A stretch of 64,000 nt of DNA from a virus (lineage: Duplodnaviria > Caudoviricetes), in IMG/VR virus record IMGVR_UViG_3300028048_003164, positions 1 through 64,000 of that record, one strand, 5' to 3'. The notes beneath the pieces were generated by a model. That model searched no databases, was not told the DNA's origin, and saw nothing but the letters and a program-made list of their open reading frames with translations. The stretch's first letter is position 1; the number at the start of each line of letters is the position of its first letter. Positions 36,389 to 46,205 of the stretch are shown one piece after another. A program made the position numbers and the translations under genes.

Positions 36389-38766
36389 CAGACACGGACA
36401 TTTTGAGGGCTTGGACGCTGAAGAGTTCCCTTAACTTCACAAGGTACTTCTTCAAGCAGAACAACGACATGAAGTTCATCATAGGCAGGCACCACAAGCT
36501 TATCTGTGATGCCCTTGATGATGTCCTTAACGGAAAATGCAACAAACTTATTATTAATTTGTCGCCGAGATATGGAAAAACGGAACTTGCAGTAAAGAAC
36601 TTCATTGCTATGGGGTTAGCCGTCAATCCTTCTGCCAAATTCATCCACCTCTCTTATTCTGCCAACCTTGCACAAGACAACTCTATTGCCGTAAAAAATA
36701 TAGTTCAAAACGAAGAATATCAACGGCTCTATCCTACCCGTATCACCTACGGAAAGAATATGAAATCTCAGTGGGAAACCGACCAAGGAGGTGGCTTGTA
36801 CGCCACATCTACGCTCGGTCAGATTACTGGTTTCGGTGCAGGTCTTGTCGAAAGGGAAGGTGAACCGTATCGTTTTGGTGGCGCAATCATTATCGATGAC
36901 CCTATCAAGCCGGAGGATGCCCTTTCCGATGTTGTCCGTGAGCGTGTGAACCGACGTTTTGAAACAACAATCAGAAACCGCGTCAATTCCCGTAACACAC
37001 CCATTATCATTATCATGCAGCGTTTGCATGAGCATGACCTCTGCGGCTATTTGCAGGAAATAGAACCCGACGAGTGGCGGGTGATATCACTGCCAGTTAT
37101 ACAGATAAACGAGAACGGAGAGCGTGAAGCACTGTGGCCATACAAGCATACGTTGGAGGAACTTGATAAAATAAATGCAGCGAACTCCTTTGTTTTTGAG
37201 ACGCAATATCAGCAGAACCCAACGCCGATGGAAGGTCTGATGTACGAACACCCGTTCAAGACATATTCAAAACTTCCGCCCGTAAAGCTTGGAACGATGT
37301 GTAACTGCACGGACTCTGCGGACACAGGTGCCGACTATCTCTGCTCAATCACCTATCTATCAATGAAGGATGGTTACTATGTTACAGATGTAATATTCAC
37401 GAAGAAAAGCATGGAACATACCGAGCCGTGGATGGCGCAGATGCTGGCTAAATGGGATGTTCGATACTGCGTCATTGAATCCAACAATGGTGGCAGGGCA
37501 TTTGCCAGGAACGTGGAGAGACTATCCCGTGAGTATGGCAATGGAAAGACTACGTTCATAACATTCACGCAAACGAAAAACAAACAGGTTCGCATCTTCA
37601 CAAGAAGCCAAGAAGTGAACAATCTGCTTATCTTCCCCGAGGATTGGGAGCGCAGGTGGCCAGAGTTTGCCCATATGATGAAATCGTACAGAAGAGAAGG
37701 ACATAATGCGCATGATGATGCTTGTTTTACGGCAGGAACTCCCGTGGCAACTATATGGGGAAATAAGCCTATTGAAAAGTTAAAGGTAGGCGATTATGTT
37801 TTAACCCCATTCGGAGTAAAGAGAGTCCTTGCATGTGGAAAGACGGGACATAAGCCTACGGTTTCGCGTTTTGGTTTGCAAGTGACTGAAAACCATAGAT
37901 TTTTTAGCTTAAATAGCTTTAAGCCAGTGATGGAATGTGAAGAAAATTCGTTATCTTTGCTTGGAATAAAAGAGCAATTGTTATGGAGATTCAGGAAACT
38001 ATTACTTTCAACGGAGTCGAATACCGTCTTGTGGGGTCGGGAAGGTATTATCTCAGCCAGTCAAAGACTAACGAGGGACGAAAAGGCGCAAAAAGCCTTC
38101 ATGTCGCAATTTGGGAGTTTTATAACCAACAAGAAGTTCCTAAAGGCTATTGCATTCATCATAAAGACCATAATACTTTTAATAACGACATCAGTAACTT
38201 GGAGTGTTTACCGATTAAGCAACACTTGTCGGAGCATAGCAAGAAGAATTGGCAATACGCTGAATATCGGAAAAAAATGGCAGATACCCAACAGAAACGT
38301 TGTGAGGCCGCATCAGAGTGGCACAGAAGCAAAGAAGGAAGGGAATGGCATAGAAAACACGCACATTGCGAGCGAAAACTGCGAGTCAGCATTTGTAGGT
38401 TCTGCGGAAAAGGTTTCCTGTCAAACAAAATCGACGCATGGTTTTGCAGCGAAAAATGCGGTGAGAACTACCGAAGAAACTATGAACTCAAATATACGGC
38501 TGTCTGTCAAGAGTGCGGCAAGGTATTTCAGTACGGAAAAGGATCAGCTGGACAACCAGATAGAAAGTTCTGTAGCCGTTCTTGTCACATCGCGAACAAC
38601 AACAGAAAACGCAAGAGACGTGTATAATATCACGGTAGAGGATGTCGGTTGTTATTATGCCAATGGAATTCTTGTGTCGAATTGTGATTGTGCTACTATG
38701 GTCATTGAAAGGGGAAGCCTTATCAGCGGCGCAAGCGATGAACAGATACTTTCGGATTTCTTATAG
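36385..38766 (+). CDS. terL: Terminase large subunit with intein
   Basis: PRYGKT, IIIDDPIK, MQRLH..DL, YQQNP, ESNNGG, HDDA/CD. Confidence 0.93.
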   Translation: MTDTDILRAWTLKSSLNFTRYFFKQNNDMKFIIGRHHKLICDALDDVLNGKCNKLIINLSPRYGKTELAVKNFIAMGLAVNPSAKFIHLSYSANLAQDNSIAVKNIVQNEEYQRLYPTRITYGKNMKSQWETDQGGGLYATSTLGQITGFGAGLVEREGEPYRFGGAIIIDDPIKPEDALSDVVRERVNRRFETTIRNRVNSRNTPIIIIMQRLHEHDLCGYLQEIEPDEWRVISLPVIQINENGEREALWPYKHTLEELDKINAANSFVFETQYQQNPTPMEGLMYEHPFKTYSKLPPVKLGTMCNCTDSADTGADYLCSITYLSMKDGYYVTDVIFTKKSMEHTEPWMAQMLAKWDVRYCVIESNNGGRAFARNVERLSREYGNGKTTFITFTQTKNKQVRIFTRSQEVNNLLIFPEDWERRWPEFAHMMKSYRREGHNAHDDACFTAGTPVATIWGNKPIEKLKVGDYVLTPFGVKRVLACGKTGHKPTVSRFGLQVTENHRFFSLNSFKPVMECEENSLSLLGIKEQLLWRFRKLLLSTESNTVLWGREGIISASQRLTRDEKAQKAFMSQFGSFITNKKFLKAIAFIIKTIILLITTSVTWSVYRLSNTCRSIARRIGNTLNIGKKWQIPNRNVVRPHQSGTEAKKEGNGIENTHIASENCESAFVGSAEKVSCQTKSTHGFAAKNAVRTTEETMNSNIRLSVKSAARYFSTEKDQLDNQIESSVAVLVTSRTTTENARDVYNITVEDVGCYYANGILVSNCDCATMVIERGSLISGASDEQILSDFL
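37952..37959 (+). promoter_or_regulatory. -7 promoter element inside intein coding sequence
   Basis: ttcgtTATCTTTGc ending 24 nt before the ATG at 37983. Confidence 0.65.
37983..38627 (+). CDS. HNH endonuclease nested out of frame inside the terL intein
   Basis: LHVAIWE...IHHKDHNTFNNDISNLECL plus two C..C/FCS..C Zn fingers. Confidence 0.88.
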   Translation: MEIQETITFNGVEYRLVGSGRYYLSQSKTNEGRKGAKSLHVAIWEFYNQQEVPKGYCIHHKDHNTFNNDISNLECLPIKQHLSEHSKKNWQYAEYRKKMADTQQKRCEAASEWHRSKEGREWHRKHAHCERKLRVSICRFCGKGFLSNKIDAWFCSEKCGENYRRNYELKYTAVCQECGKVFQYGKGSAGQPDRKFCSRSCHIANNNRKRKRRV

Positions 38767-38854
38767 GAATGACGAGGAATGATAAGATACTTTAGCATAT
38801 TTTTCTGCCGTTTTTTCGTACTTTATTCGTATCTTTGTCGAAAAAAGAGAAAAT

Positions 38855-39646
38855 ATGGGATTTCATAGAGTATCAGCAACGAGAAACATGCGCACACCTC
38901 ATGCGCACCTCGATAGGAAGGATAATGGGGATATATATGCCGTTTACAAGTTGGGCTTCACCAAGAATGCATCACGCTTTGAGTATTGTTTCATAGGAGG
39001 GGAGTCAGGAACGTTGACTTTTGACGGGAATGTAATAGAGGCGCATCCGAAGTTCAAGAATATCGATGCATTTGAGGGATGGTGCAGAAAGTATTTAGCA
39101 GAACATGATTTATAAGATATGAGAGTATTTTTTCAAGACCCAGACACGGAATATGTGATTTTCCATACGGAGGACAGTCCCGTAATACCGAACGTTGGAG
39201 AGGAAGTTCGGTTGGAAATGAATTGGTATAAAGTCGTGGAACGCACGTTCTATTACAAGCATCTAACCAATATGGATGATAATAGCTGCACTGTCTGGGT
39301 TAAACCTTTATAATAATAAGCAATGGCTACAGATGAATTAAAACAAGAATTGACTTCCCTAAACAAAAATGACCTTCTTTATTTGATAGAGGGTCTTATG
39401 GAAGATGGTGTGATAGACATCACGGATATTACACTATGTCACACAAGGGCACTTGAAAGCAAACTTGCTGCAAAGGACAAGGTTATCTTTGAGGCAGATA
39501 AGTGTATCTTTGAAAGCGTATTTACCGATTCTATAGGCAAACCTGCTGATAATGCAGCCCTGATGCGTAAGTTGGAATGGATGGAAAAGACGGGAATGCA
39601 TAATATGGACGGAATAATGGAATATCTAAAATCAACAAACAAATAA
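38855..39646 (+). CDS. Three small hypothetical ORFs (38855-39115, 39119-39313, 39323-39646)
   Basis: Packed operon after TATCTTTG at 38830-38837. Confidence 0.6.
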
Positions 39647-40140
39647 TGGAAGCGATAGCAAGTTTTACGATTGACCACACAAAGTTAAAGCCTGGGATTT
39701 ACGTTTCCCGTGATGACAAGGACTTTACGACCTTTGACCTGCGCTTCACAGAACCGAACAAAGAGCCTGCCATTGAGCCAGCCGCCATGCACAGCATTGA
39801 GCACCTAATGGCTACGTGGTTCCGTAACAGCGAGGTGAAGGATGACGTGGTTTATGTAGGCCCGATGGGATGTTTGACGGGAATGTATATCATTATGCGT
39901 AAAGGGTATGACGTTTATAAGATGGCCATTCTGACTTTGAGGTGTCTGCGGTGGATAAGTGAACAGACGGAAGTACCTGCCACAACGCCAGAGACGTGCG
40001 GCAATTACCTTCTTCACGATTTGGAATCGTGCAAGTGGGAGTGTAGTAGGTATTTCGTCCGCCTTCTTAATGATTTCCATTGCGAGTACACCAAGTTGCA
40101 CGTCACGCTTGATGATGGAAAGGAGTTTGCAGATGCTTAA
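39646..40140 (+). CDS. luxS: S-ribosylhomocysteine lyase LuxS
   Basis: SFTIDH, FDLRF..PN, HSIEH, GPMGCLTG, CGNY..HDL. Confidence 0.93.
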   Translation: MEAIASFTIDHTKLKPGIYVSRDDKDFTTFDLRFTEPNKEPAIEPAAMHSIEHLMATWFRNSEVKDDVVYVGPMGCLTGMYIIMRKGYDVYKMAILTLRCLRWISEQTEVPATTPETCGNYLLHDLESCKWECSRYFVRLLNDFHCEYTKLHVTLDDGKEFADA

Positions 40141-40151
40141 AATAAAAGGCA

Positions 40152-40901
40152 ATGAAGATTCAATACGCATCAGACCTACATTTGGAGTTCCGTGCCAACC
40201 GAGAGTGGCTGCGTGAGAATCCGTTGGAAGTGGCAGGAGACATCCTTCTGCTTGCTGGAGATGTTATGCACATAGAGGATTGTGCTTGGTTCTGGGACTG
40301 GGCAGGAAAGAATTACAAACATGTGCTTGCCGTGCCAGGAAACCATGAGTTCTATGGTAGTAACCTTGCAGACTATGCTGAAAGTTTCGTTAAGCCAATA
40401 TACTCTAACGTTGCATACTATCAGAATAAAGTTGTTCGGATAGAAGATACGGATTTCATATTCTCCACGCTATGGTCTGACATTGCACCAGAACATGAAC
40501 TTTCTGTAAAATGTGGCTTGAATGATTTCCGAATGATAGAGTTTGGAGATTATAGACTGACTCCGCATGTGTATAGGCACGAGCATGAGTTCTGCGTTAG
40601 AATGATAAAGGAAATGGTCGAGGCATCTACCGCCAAGCATATCGTTGTTGTCACCCACCACTCACCGTCTCTGCTGACGATAGCAACGGAACACCATACA
40701 AGCCCGCTACGTTCAGCCTTTGCCACAGACCTACACTATCTAATGGAGGACGGAAGGATTGACTATTGGGTCTACGGACACTCGCATACGAACATCAACT
40801 GCAAGGTGTTCAATACGGAGGTGATATGCAATCAGCTCGGTTATGTGGAACACAATGGGCAGATGGCAGGTTTTAGGTTAGATAAATATTTCGAGATATA
40901 A
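40152..40901 (+). CDS. Calcineurin-like metallophosphoesterase
   Basis: SDLH, AGD, GNHE, THH, GHSH. Confidence 0.92.
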   Translation: MKIQYASDLHLEFRANREWLRENPLEVAGDILLLAGDVMHIEDCAWFWDWAGKNYKHVLAVPGNHEFYGSNLADYAESFVKPIYSNVAYYQNKVVRIEDTDFIFSTLWSDIAPEHELSVKCGLNDFRMIEFGDYRLTPHVYRHEHEFCVRMIKEMVEASTAKHIVVVTHHSPSLLTIATEHHTSPLRSAFATDLHYLMEDGRIDYWVYGHSHTNINCKVFNTEVICNQLGYVEHNGQMAGFRLDKYFEI

Positions 40902-40905
40902 AAAT

Positions 40906-41770
40906 ATGAATAAAATCGAGGAGATACGTTTGCGAAGTTGTGTGTGTGAGCAGGTGACGGAATGGGCAGGATATTTCAATGTGAGCGAAGATCAGATATG
41001 GGATGCTCTCCGTGACTTTGCGGAATACATGGTTGCCCTGCGTGTTTCTGAAATTGCGAATACAGATAAGGTGAGCGTGGGTGATAGTTTGTGGCACGAT
41101 GGCAGCGAGAAACCGCAGACGGGAAGGATAATGTTTGAAAGCACAGACGGAGGCTTGCGCTTTGCGGACTACGACCGTGAGATAGATAGATTTGACAGCG
41201 ACGATGAGTGCTATTATTCCGGCAAGTGGGAACATTGCCACATCAAGCGTTGGATATACGAAAAAGATATATTAAGCTTATGAAGATTTACATAGTTTAC
41301 GACACAGACCAGGATGCAGGGACGACCGTCTACCATATTGCATCGTCAAGAGAGAAGGCGGAAGAATGGAAAAAACGTCATGCTGAGCGTTTCTATAGGT
41401 ATGGCAATTTATATATGTTTCCCGACATAGAAGAGGTGGAGGTTGACCAAGAGGAGGAGCTTTGTATATGAAACAGATTGAGAAAGTCCCGTTTAACAGT
41501 GACGTGGTAAACGATAATGACCACGTGTTTTTCCCGTTATATGAGCATGAGGTGTTTGCACTTGCAAGTTTTCCGATCTTTGACAACGAGCCATTGCAAG
41601 ACACTATAAAAGAGGCAGTAAGGACGTTAAACAACGCATATATCTTCCCCACAGTTGTATTCATTCCACTTCTTCGGTATTCGGAAAACATATCTTCTGC
41701 ATGTAATGATTGCGATTTGCAAATGCTTGTGATGACACCCGATGGTTTAAAGGATAGAGTAAAAATTTAA
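40906..41770 (+). CDS. Three small hypothetical ORFs
   Basis: 40906-41283, about 41280-41471, 41462-41770, coupled. Confidence 0.55.
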
Positions 41771-41783
41771 GAAGCAAATTATT

Positions 41784-42251
41784 ATGAGCCTACAGCAAGA
41801 AATACAATCGATTTTGAAGTCCTCGTTATCCTACGAGGAAAAGGGCAAGAAATTAGCCAAGTTGGTAACCAGGCAAGAGCTAAACGCCCTGCTCCCCAAA
41901 CCGCAGGAGGTCGTGGCATTGAAAGAGCCGTTGAAGCCGAAGACGAAGGGGATGAAGACTCTGCATCTCTCCATCCACAAGGTGTACTTCGATGCCATCA
42001 TTACCGGGGCAAAGCCCATCGAGTACAGGGATTGGACTAATCCGTATTATCAGAACAAGTGCTCCTATGAGGAGGACGGCAAGCGGTATCTCACGCCGTT
42101 CGATGCCATCGTCATCCATGTAGGTCGCGGCAAGGGTGCCTTGACGGCGACCGTTGCCCTGAAGGACATCACCTGCGACGGCACATATCTTATGTTCTGG
42201 GTCGGCAAGGTGTTGTGGAGCAACTCTCCGCTTTGGAGGGGTGATAAATAG
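41784..42251 (+). CDS. ASCH domain protein
   Basis: TLHLSIHKVYFDAIITGAKPIEYR. Confidence 0.8.
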   Translation: MSLQQEIQSILKSSLSYEEKGKKLAKLVTRQELNALLPKPQEVVALKEPLKPKTKGMKTLHLSIHKVYFDAIITGAKPIEYRDWTNPYYQNKCSYEEDGKRYLTPFDAIVIHVGRGKGALTATVALKDITCDGTYLMFWVGKVLWSNSPLWRGDK

Positions 42252-42324
42252 GCGTTTTTTTTGCGGTTTGTTTTGCCCGTGTCGCTTTGATAGGGACTGG
42301 GTGGATAAGGTGTACGGATAAAGA

Positions 42325-42360
42325 AAAAACGAGGTGTTAAAAGCCCCGTTTTTTGTTTTT
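42325..42360. terminator. Bidirectional terminator-like hairpin
   Basis: aaaaaacgagg...ccccgtttttt between convergent genes. Confidence 0.55.
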
Positions 42361-42461
42361 AGAAAAGGGACGGTATACGTTTCTCAACGTCCCGTCCCGA
42401 ACCCTTAGAAAAACGTGGTGAGTATGACTACCACGTGGGGTGCCTAAAGGACACCCTTTTC

Positions 42462-43013
42462 TCAACCTGCGTACGTCCACCTATTCTGGATGAAGGCGGT
42501 GTATGGCAGGTGGTATAGGTTGCTGTAGTAACAGCCATTGTATTCAATGAACCGTCCGAAGGTCTTAATCTGCCCGTTCTGCATGAAGGCGAACTTGGAC
42601 GAGTCTATGATGTTATGAGCGATGGTCTGCAGCTCTTTCGAGTAGAGACCGTACGTGCGGATAGCCGGGGCGAGGTATTTCTTGAAAGCCGTCTCGCTGT
42701 CCGTCTTGCCCTTGTAGGGTGTGATGGCGAGGATGCCGTTGTGCATGAACCACGTATTTGATTTCTCGTCATAGAACGGGTGGCAATTGGCAAGGGACAC
42801 CTTGCCGTGGGTAGCCCACCGGAAATGGATGATGCAGTTCTCGTTCTTCGGGACTTTCTTTAGCCTTGCGTAGAAATCCTCAAAATCGAGGCTCTTGTAG
42901 TGGTCACTTTCGCTGACGAATCCGCATCCGTCGTGGTTACGCTGAAACGCTGCCCTCAGCTCTTTCTTGGTGGGGAGGGCATGACCCGCTGGGGAAATTA
43001 TTATTACACACAT
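42462..43013 (-). CDS. Class II glutamine amidotransferase-like protein
   Basis: Cys2, N.DGCG, HFRWATHG, NCHPF, HNG, TDSE. Confidence 0.9.
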   Translation of the reverse strand: MCVIIISPAGHALPTKKELRAAFQRNHDGCGFVSESDHYKSLDFEDFYARLKKVPKNENCIIHFRWATHGKVSLANCHPFYDEKSNTWFMHNGILAITPYKGKTDSETAFKKYLAPAIRTYGLYSKELQTIAHNIIDSSKFAFMQNGQIKTFGRFIEYNGCYYSNLYHLPYTAFIQNRWTYAG

Positions 43014-43154
43014 AACGTTTATCCTTTCTATTTTATTTTAATTTAATCGTTAAACAAATCTAAATACATATCCTTTGTAGGATTTAATTTTGCCGTTTTT
43101 AGCCCCACCGTTGCGCTCTTTGCGCTCGGGTGTGGTAGTAGTGCTTCTCCGGGG

Positions 43155-44057
43155 TTATCGTGCGGCACGAGCCTCGAATTCGGCTCTGCGGCTGCAGAAG
43201 TAGGCCTTCTCGGTATCGCTCAAGAAGGGGATGTCCTCGATGCGGTTGATGTCGGCGTTAAGGCGGGTAGTCTTGCTGAACTCTACGAGCTTGCCCAAGA
43301 ACTTAACCCAGTGGCTTATCTTGGTGTAGTTCGCCGTGCCTTGGTGCTGCCTGAACTCGATAGTCTTGTGGGCGGCGTAAGCCTCGGCGTTCACCCTGTG
43401 GTAGCGTGAGCCAAGTGCCCTGCGCATCTGCTCTCTTGTGGTGGCGTGAAGAACACCGTATTCATGGTTTCGGAGGCTGTTGCACCATCTTGCGTATTCG
43501 CCTCTTCTGCTCGGGGCAAGAAAGCTCTCGATGGCGGTCTCCATCCTCATGTAGTTGACGAAGACGTTGCAGTACTCAATGTCTGTAAGGCTTGCAGCCC
43601 CGATGTGGACGTGGAGTCCGCATGAGGAGTTGGTCGTAGCGCCAATCTCCCGAAGGCTCTTGCAGCAAGCCTTAAGGCTCTCGAAGCCGTGGTCGTTGCC
43701 GTTCAAGGCGGGGGTGACGCACTCGGCGGGGTTGTGCCCGCTGATACTCGAGTCGGTGGTCAGCTTGAATTGGGGGATGTCCCTGTGGTTGTAGTATACC
43801 TGATCCATCACCTCGAGTCCGTTGCGGCGTGCTGCTGCGAAGAACTCGGTGTATCGGCATCCTACGCATTCAATTTCTACCCCGAAGGTGTAGGAGAATG
43901 GTAGTGGGCGTGGGGCAGGCATGTAACTCCTCACAAGGCACATTGCCTCGAAAGGAGTAACACCTAACTTTACGATGGCCTCCTGCTTCTTGGGGCGGCT
44001 CATCCGGCTGTTCAAAACTTCTTTAACCTGCTCACTTAAGGTCTTCTGTGTTCTCAT
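43155..44057 (-). CDS. Putative amidoligase (COOH-NH2 ligase)
   Basis: FGVEIE, DSSI, ECVTP, SCGLHVH, TIEFRQH. Confidence 0.9.
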   Translation of the reverse strand: MRTQKTLSEQVKEVLNSRMSRPKKQEAIVKLGVTPFEAMCLVRSYMPAPRPLPFSYTFGVEIECVGCRYTEFFAAARRNGLEVMDQVYYNHRDIPQFKLTTDSSISGHNPAECVTPALNGNDHGFESLKACCKSLREIGATTNSSCGLHVHIGAASLTDIEYCNVFVNYMRMETAIESFLAPSRRGEYARWCNSLRNHEYGVLHATTREQMRRALGSRYHRVNAEAYAAHKTIEFRQHQGTANYTKISHWVKFLGKLVEFSKTTRLNADINRIEDIPFLSDTEKAYFCSRRAEFEARAAR

Positions 44058-44249
44058 ACTCTTGCTGCGCCGTGTTATGGCCTTGCGCTCTTGGCCTCTA
44101 AGGGTTCGATGCAAAGGTAATCACAAACGGTTGAAAAACAATCGTTTACGGCAAAACTTTAGATTCGTTTAGCATAAAATGCGAGAGTTTTAGATGGTGT
44201 TAGCATTTAAGCTTTGGCGGTTATCTTTCGTTAGCTTTTTACCACCACA

Positions 44250-44525
44250 TTACCTATTATCATGTAAAGTGAAGCGGATGCTCTTTTTATCGAGAAGCTT
44301 ATCATCCTCAAATTCGCCCATATTGGCATAGATCTCCACCGTTCCATCCTTCGTGAAGCGTCCGTGCGAGTCCTTCCATACTGTCACCTCAAGGATATGC
44401 TTGTTCTCGGCAGTGATGAACCACTCAGCATAGTTTTCGTCATCGTAATTGCGGTCAGGCTTGTCGGTGTCAAGGGAGAGGAAATACTCCCTCCCCTTGG
44501 ATTTGAAAGTCGCTGTCAGTATCAT
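44250..44525 (-). CDS. Hypothetical protein
   Basis: Coupled to DUF932 gene. Confidence 0.6.
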   Translation of the reverse strand: MILTATFKSKGREYFLSLDTDKPDRNYDDENYAEWFITAENKHILEVTVWKDSHGRFTKDGTVEIYANMGEFEDDKLLDKKSIRFTLHDNR

Positions 44526-45622
44526 ACGCTACCCTCCACTGCCATACAAGCATCAAGCACCTTCTTAGAGGTGTAACCGTGCAAAATCGAGTCAAATTTC
44601 ACCTCATCGTTTCGCCAAGTTGCGTTGTTTTGATAATACGATGTGATGCCGTTCACCACCCACAATCCAGTTCCTCGCTCGCCATATTCCTGTCCTATAC
44701 CGTTCTCCACCGCCATCTTCATAGCTTCGAAGGTGTTCTTGGACTGGGTGGGGATATCCTCGTGTTCCATCGTGCCGAACTTACGGTACGTTTCCATCGA
44801 TTTCTCGGAAAGCACTACCTCTGCCAGGATACGGTCGAGGTCTTGCTCCGCAATCTTAATGTTGCGCAGGTGGTCGAACCGCTGCTCAAGGGATTTCTTG
44901 TAAACCTTCATGAGGTTGAGTGCTTTGAATGCAAACTCCGTGTTCTCCTTGGAGGTGAGGTCAAGCCTCTGCATGATGTTCGACGAGTGACGGAGGGAAA
45001 GACAGCCGTGATTATGGTTGAGAGCCAAGTTGAGTGTATTCTGGCAGCACACTCTCACGGGGGCACACATGCACTTCACCGCCCCCGTTCCGTCGTGGCT
45101 TGTTGTGAAGACCATGTACATTTCCACCCTATCGTCTCCCTTGTTGTCGAGGATGATGTCTTCGGGGAACTTCGCCGTTATGAACACTCGCTCGCCTTTG
45201 CCGAGAACCCCTGCGCATTCAATGACGGGTACGTGGTCACCCACCTGCCCTGTACAGAGGGTGTCAATAAACGTGAAGGCATCGAGATTCTGCACGATGC
45301 CGTAGCCATCACCGACCACCCCTAAAGGCTTCATCGTGTCCATTCGGACTGTCACTTTCTTGTTTGGAACGATGGCATCAAGCACCTCGTCCTGAAAATA
45401 CATCATGCTATAGTTGTCGTCTGAAAGATGGTCTGATAAGTCAGGGGTCAGTGCCACCAAAGGGAACATCTTTACTTCATAGTCTGCGTGGGAAGCCTCC
45501 AGTGCCTCCTTGACGGTCATTGGACGGTCAAAAACCTGTCCCAATTCGTGCCATGCACGCTCCTTGCGCCCGTTTTCGGCAAAGGACGCTACGCCGTTGT
45601 TGATTTCAATGTTGTGACTCAT
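44522..45622 (-). CDS. DUF932/DUF945 family protein
   Basis: AWHELG, Y.IVQN, SHDGTG, VRVCCQNTL, LRH. Confidence 0.88.
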   Translation of the reverse strand: MSHNIEINNGVASFAENGRKERAWHELGQVFDRPMTVKEALEASHADYEVKMFPLVALTPDLSDHLSDDNYSMMYFQDEVLDAIVPNKKVTVRMDTMKPLGVVGDGYGIVQNLDAFTFIDTLCTGQVGDHVPVIECAGVLGKGERVFITAKFPEDIILDNKGDDRVEMYMVFTTSHDGTGAVKCMCAPVRVCCQNTLNLALNHNHGCLSLRHSSNIMQRLDLTSKENTEFAFKALNLMKVYKKSLEQRFDHLRNIKIAEQDLDRILAEVVLSEKSMETYRKFGTMEHEDIPTQSKNTFEAMKMAVENGIGQEYGERGTGLWVVNGITSYYQNNATWRNDEVKFDSILHGYTSKKVLDACMAVEGSV

Positions 45623-45706
45623 TTTTTTGTATTAAGTTTATTAGCATATTGTTTATTTTTCGATGTATGAAAATAACAGTTTTTTTATTCACATGGGGAT
45701 TTGGAG

Positions 45707-46024
45707 TTACTTTATTTCCATCAATATCTTTGAATAATGTTGTGTGCCATAATTATTGCATATTACTTCATATTTGTTCTTGTTAATCTGAAAGAAATTA
45801 AAAGCCTTGGTTACGACTTCTTCAAGGGAATCACCGCTAAATATTTCGGGATAGGTCACCTCTGCTGCACATAGTCCGAATTCGTCATTAAGGATGTATT
45901 CTATAAAGAAAACACCGTCAGTGTTGTTCATCGTAAATTCGTAAGTGCCTTGATAGCGTCCCTCCTTTTTCATTACGGCGATGGGAAGTGAATTCAACAT
46001 CTGCCAAAAATCCTTGTGTGCCAT
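45707..46024 (-). CDS. Hypothetical protein
   Basis: ORF with A-rich leader. Confidence 0.55.
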   Translation of the reverse strand: MAHKDFWQMLNSLPIAVMKKEGRYQGTYEFTMNNTDGVFFIEYILNDEFGLCAAEVTYPEIFSGDSLEEVVTKAFNFFQINKNKYEVICNNYGTQHYSKILMEIK

Positions 46025-46205
46025 AATTGTTTATTTTATAATTGTTAAGCTTTGCCCATAGAATCAATATCCAACTCTTGCGGGTTAAAACCCACATCGA
46101 AAGAATATCCATTGCGTTTAAGATATAATGCTACCTCTTCCATTATTCTTTCCTTAATACCCTTTTGGGGGTTGTCAATCCTTATGTGTAATGTAAACTT
46201 CATTT

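Larger units (their letters stand above)
37723..38682 (+). mobile_element. Intein (320 aa) in terminase nuclease motif
   Basis: DDA/CFTAGT...TENH...VYNITVE...ILVSN/C. Confidence 0.9.

Noticed and set aside
44579-45325. 248-aa plus-strand ORF
   Set aside because: Antisense shadow of the DUF932 gene
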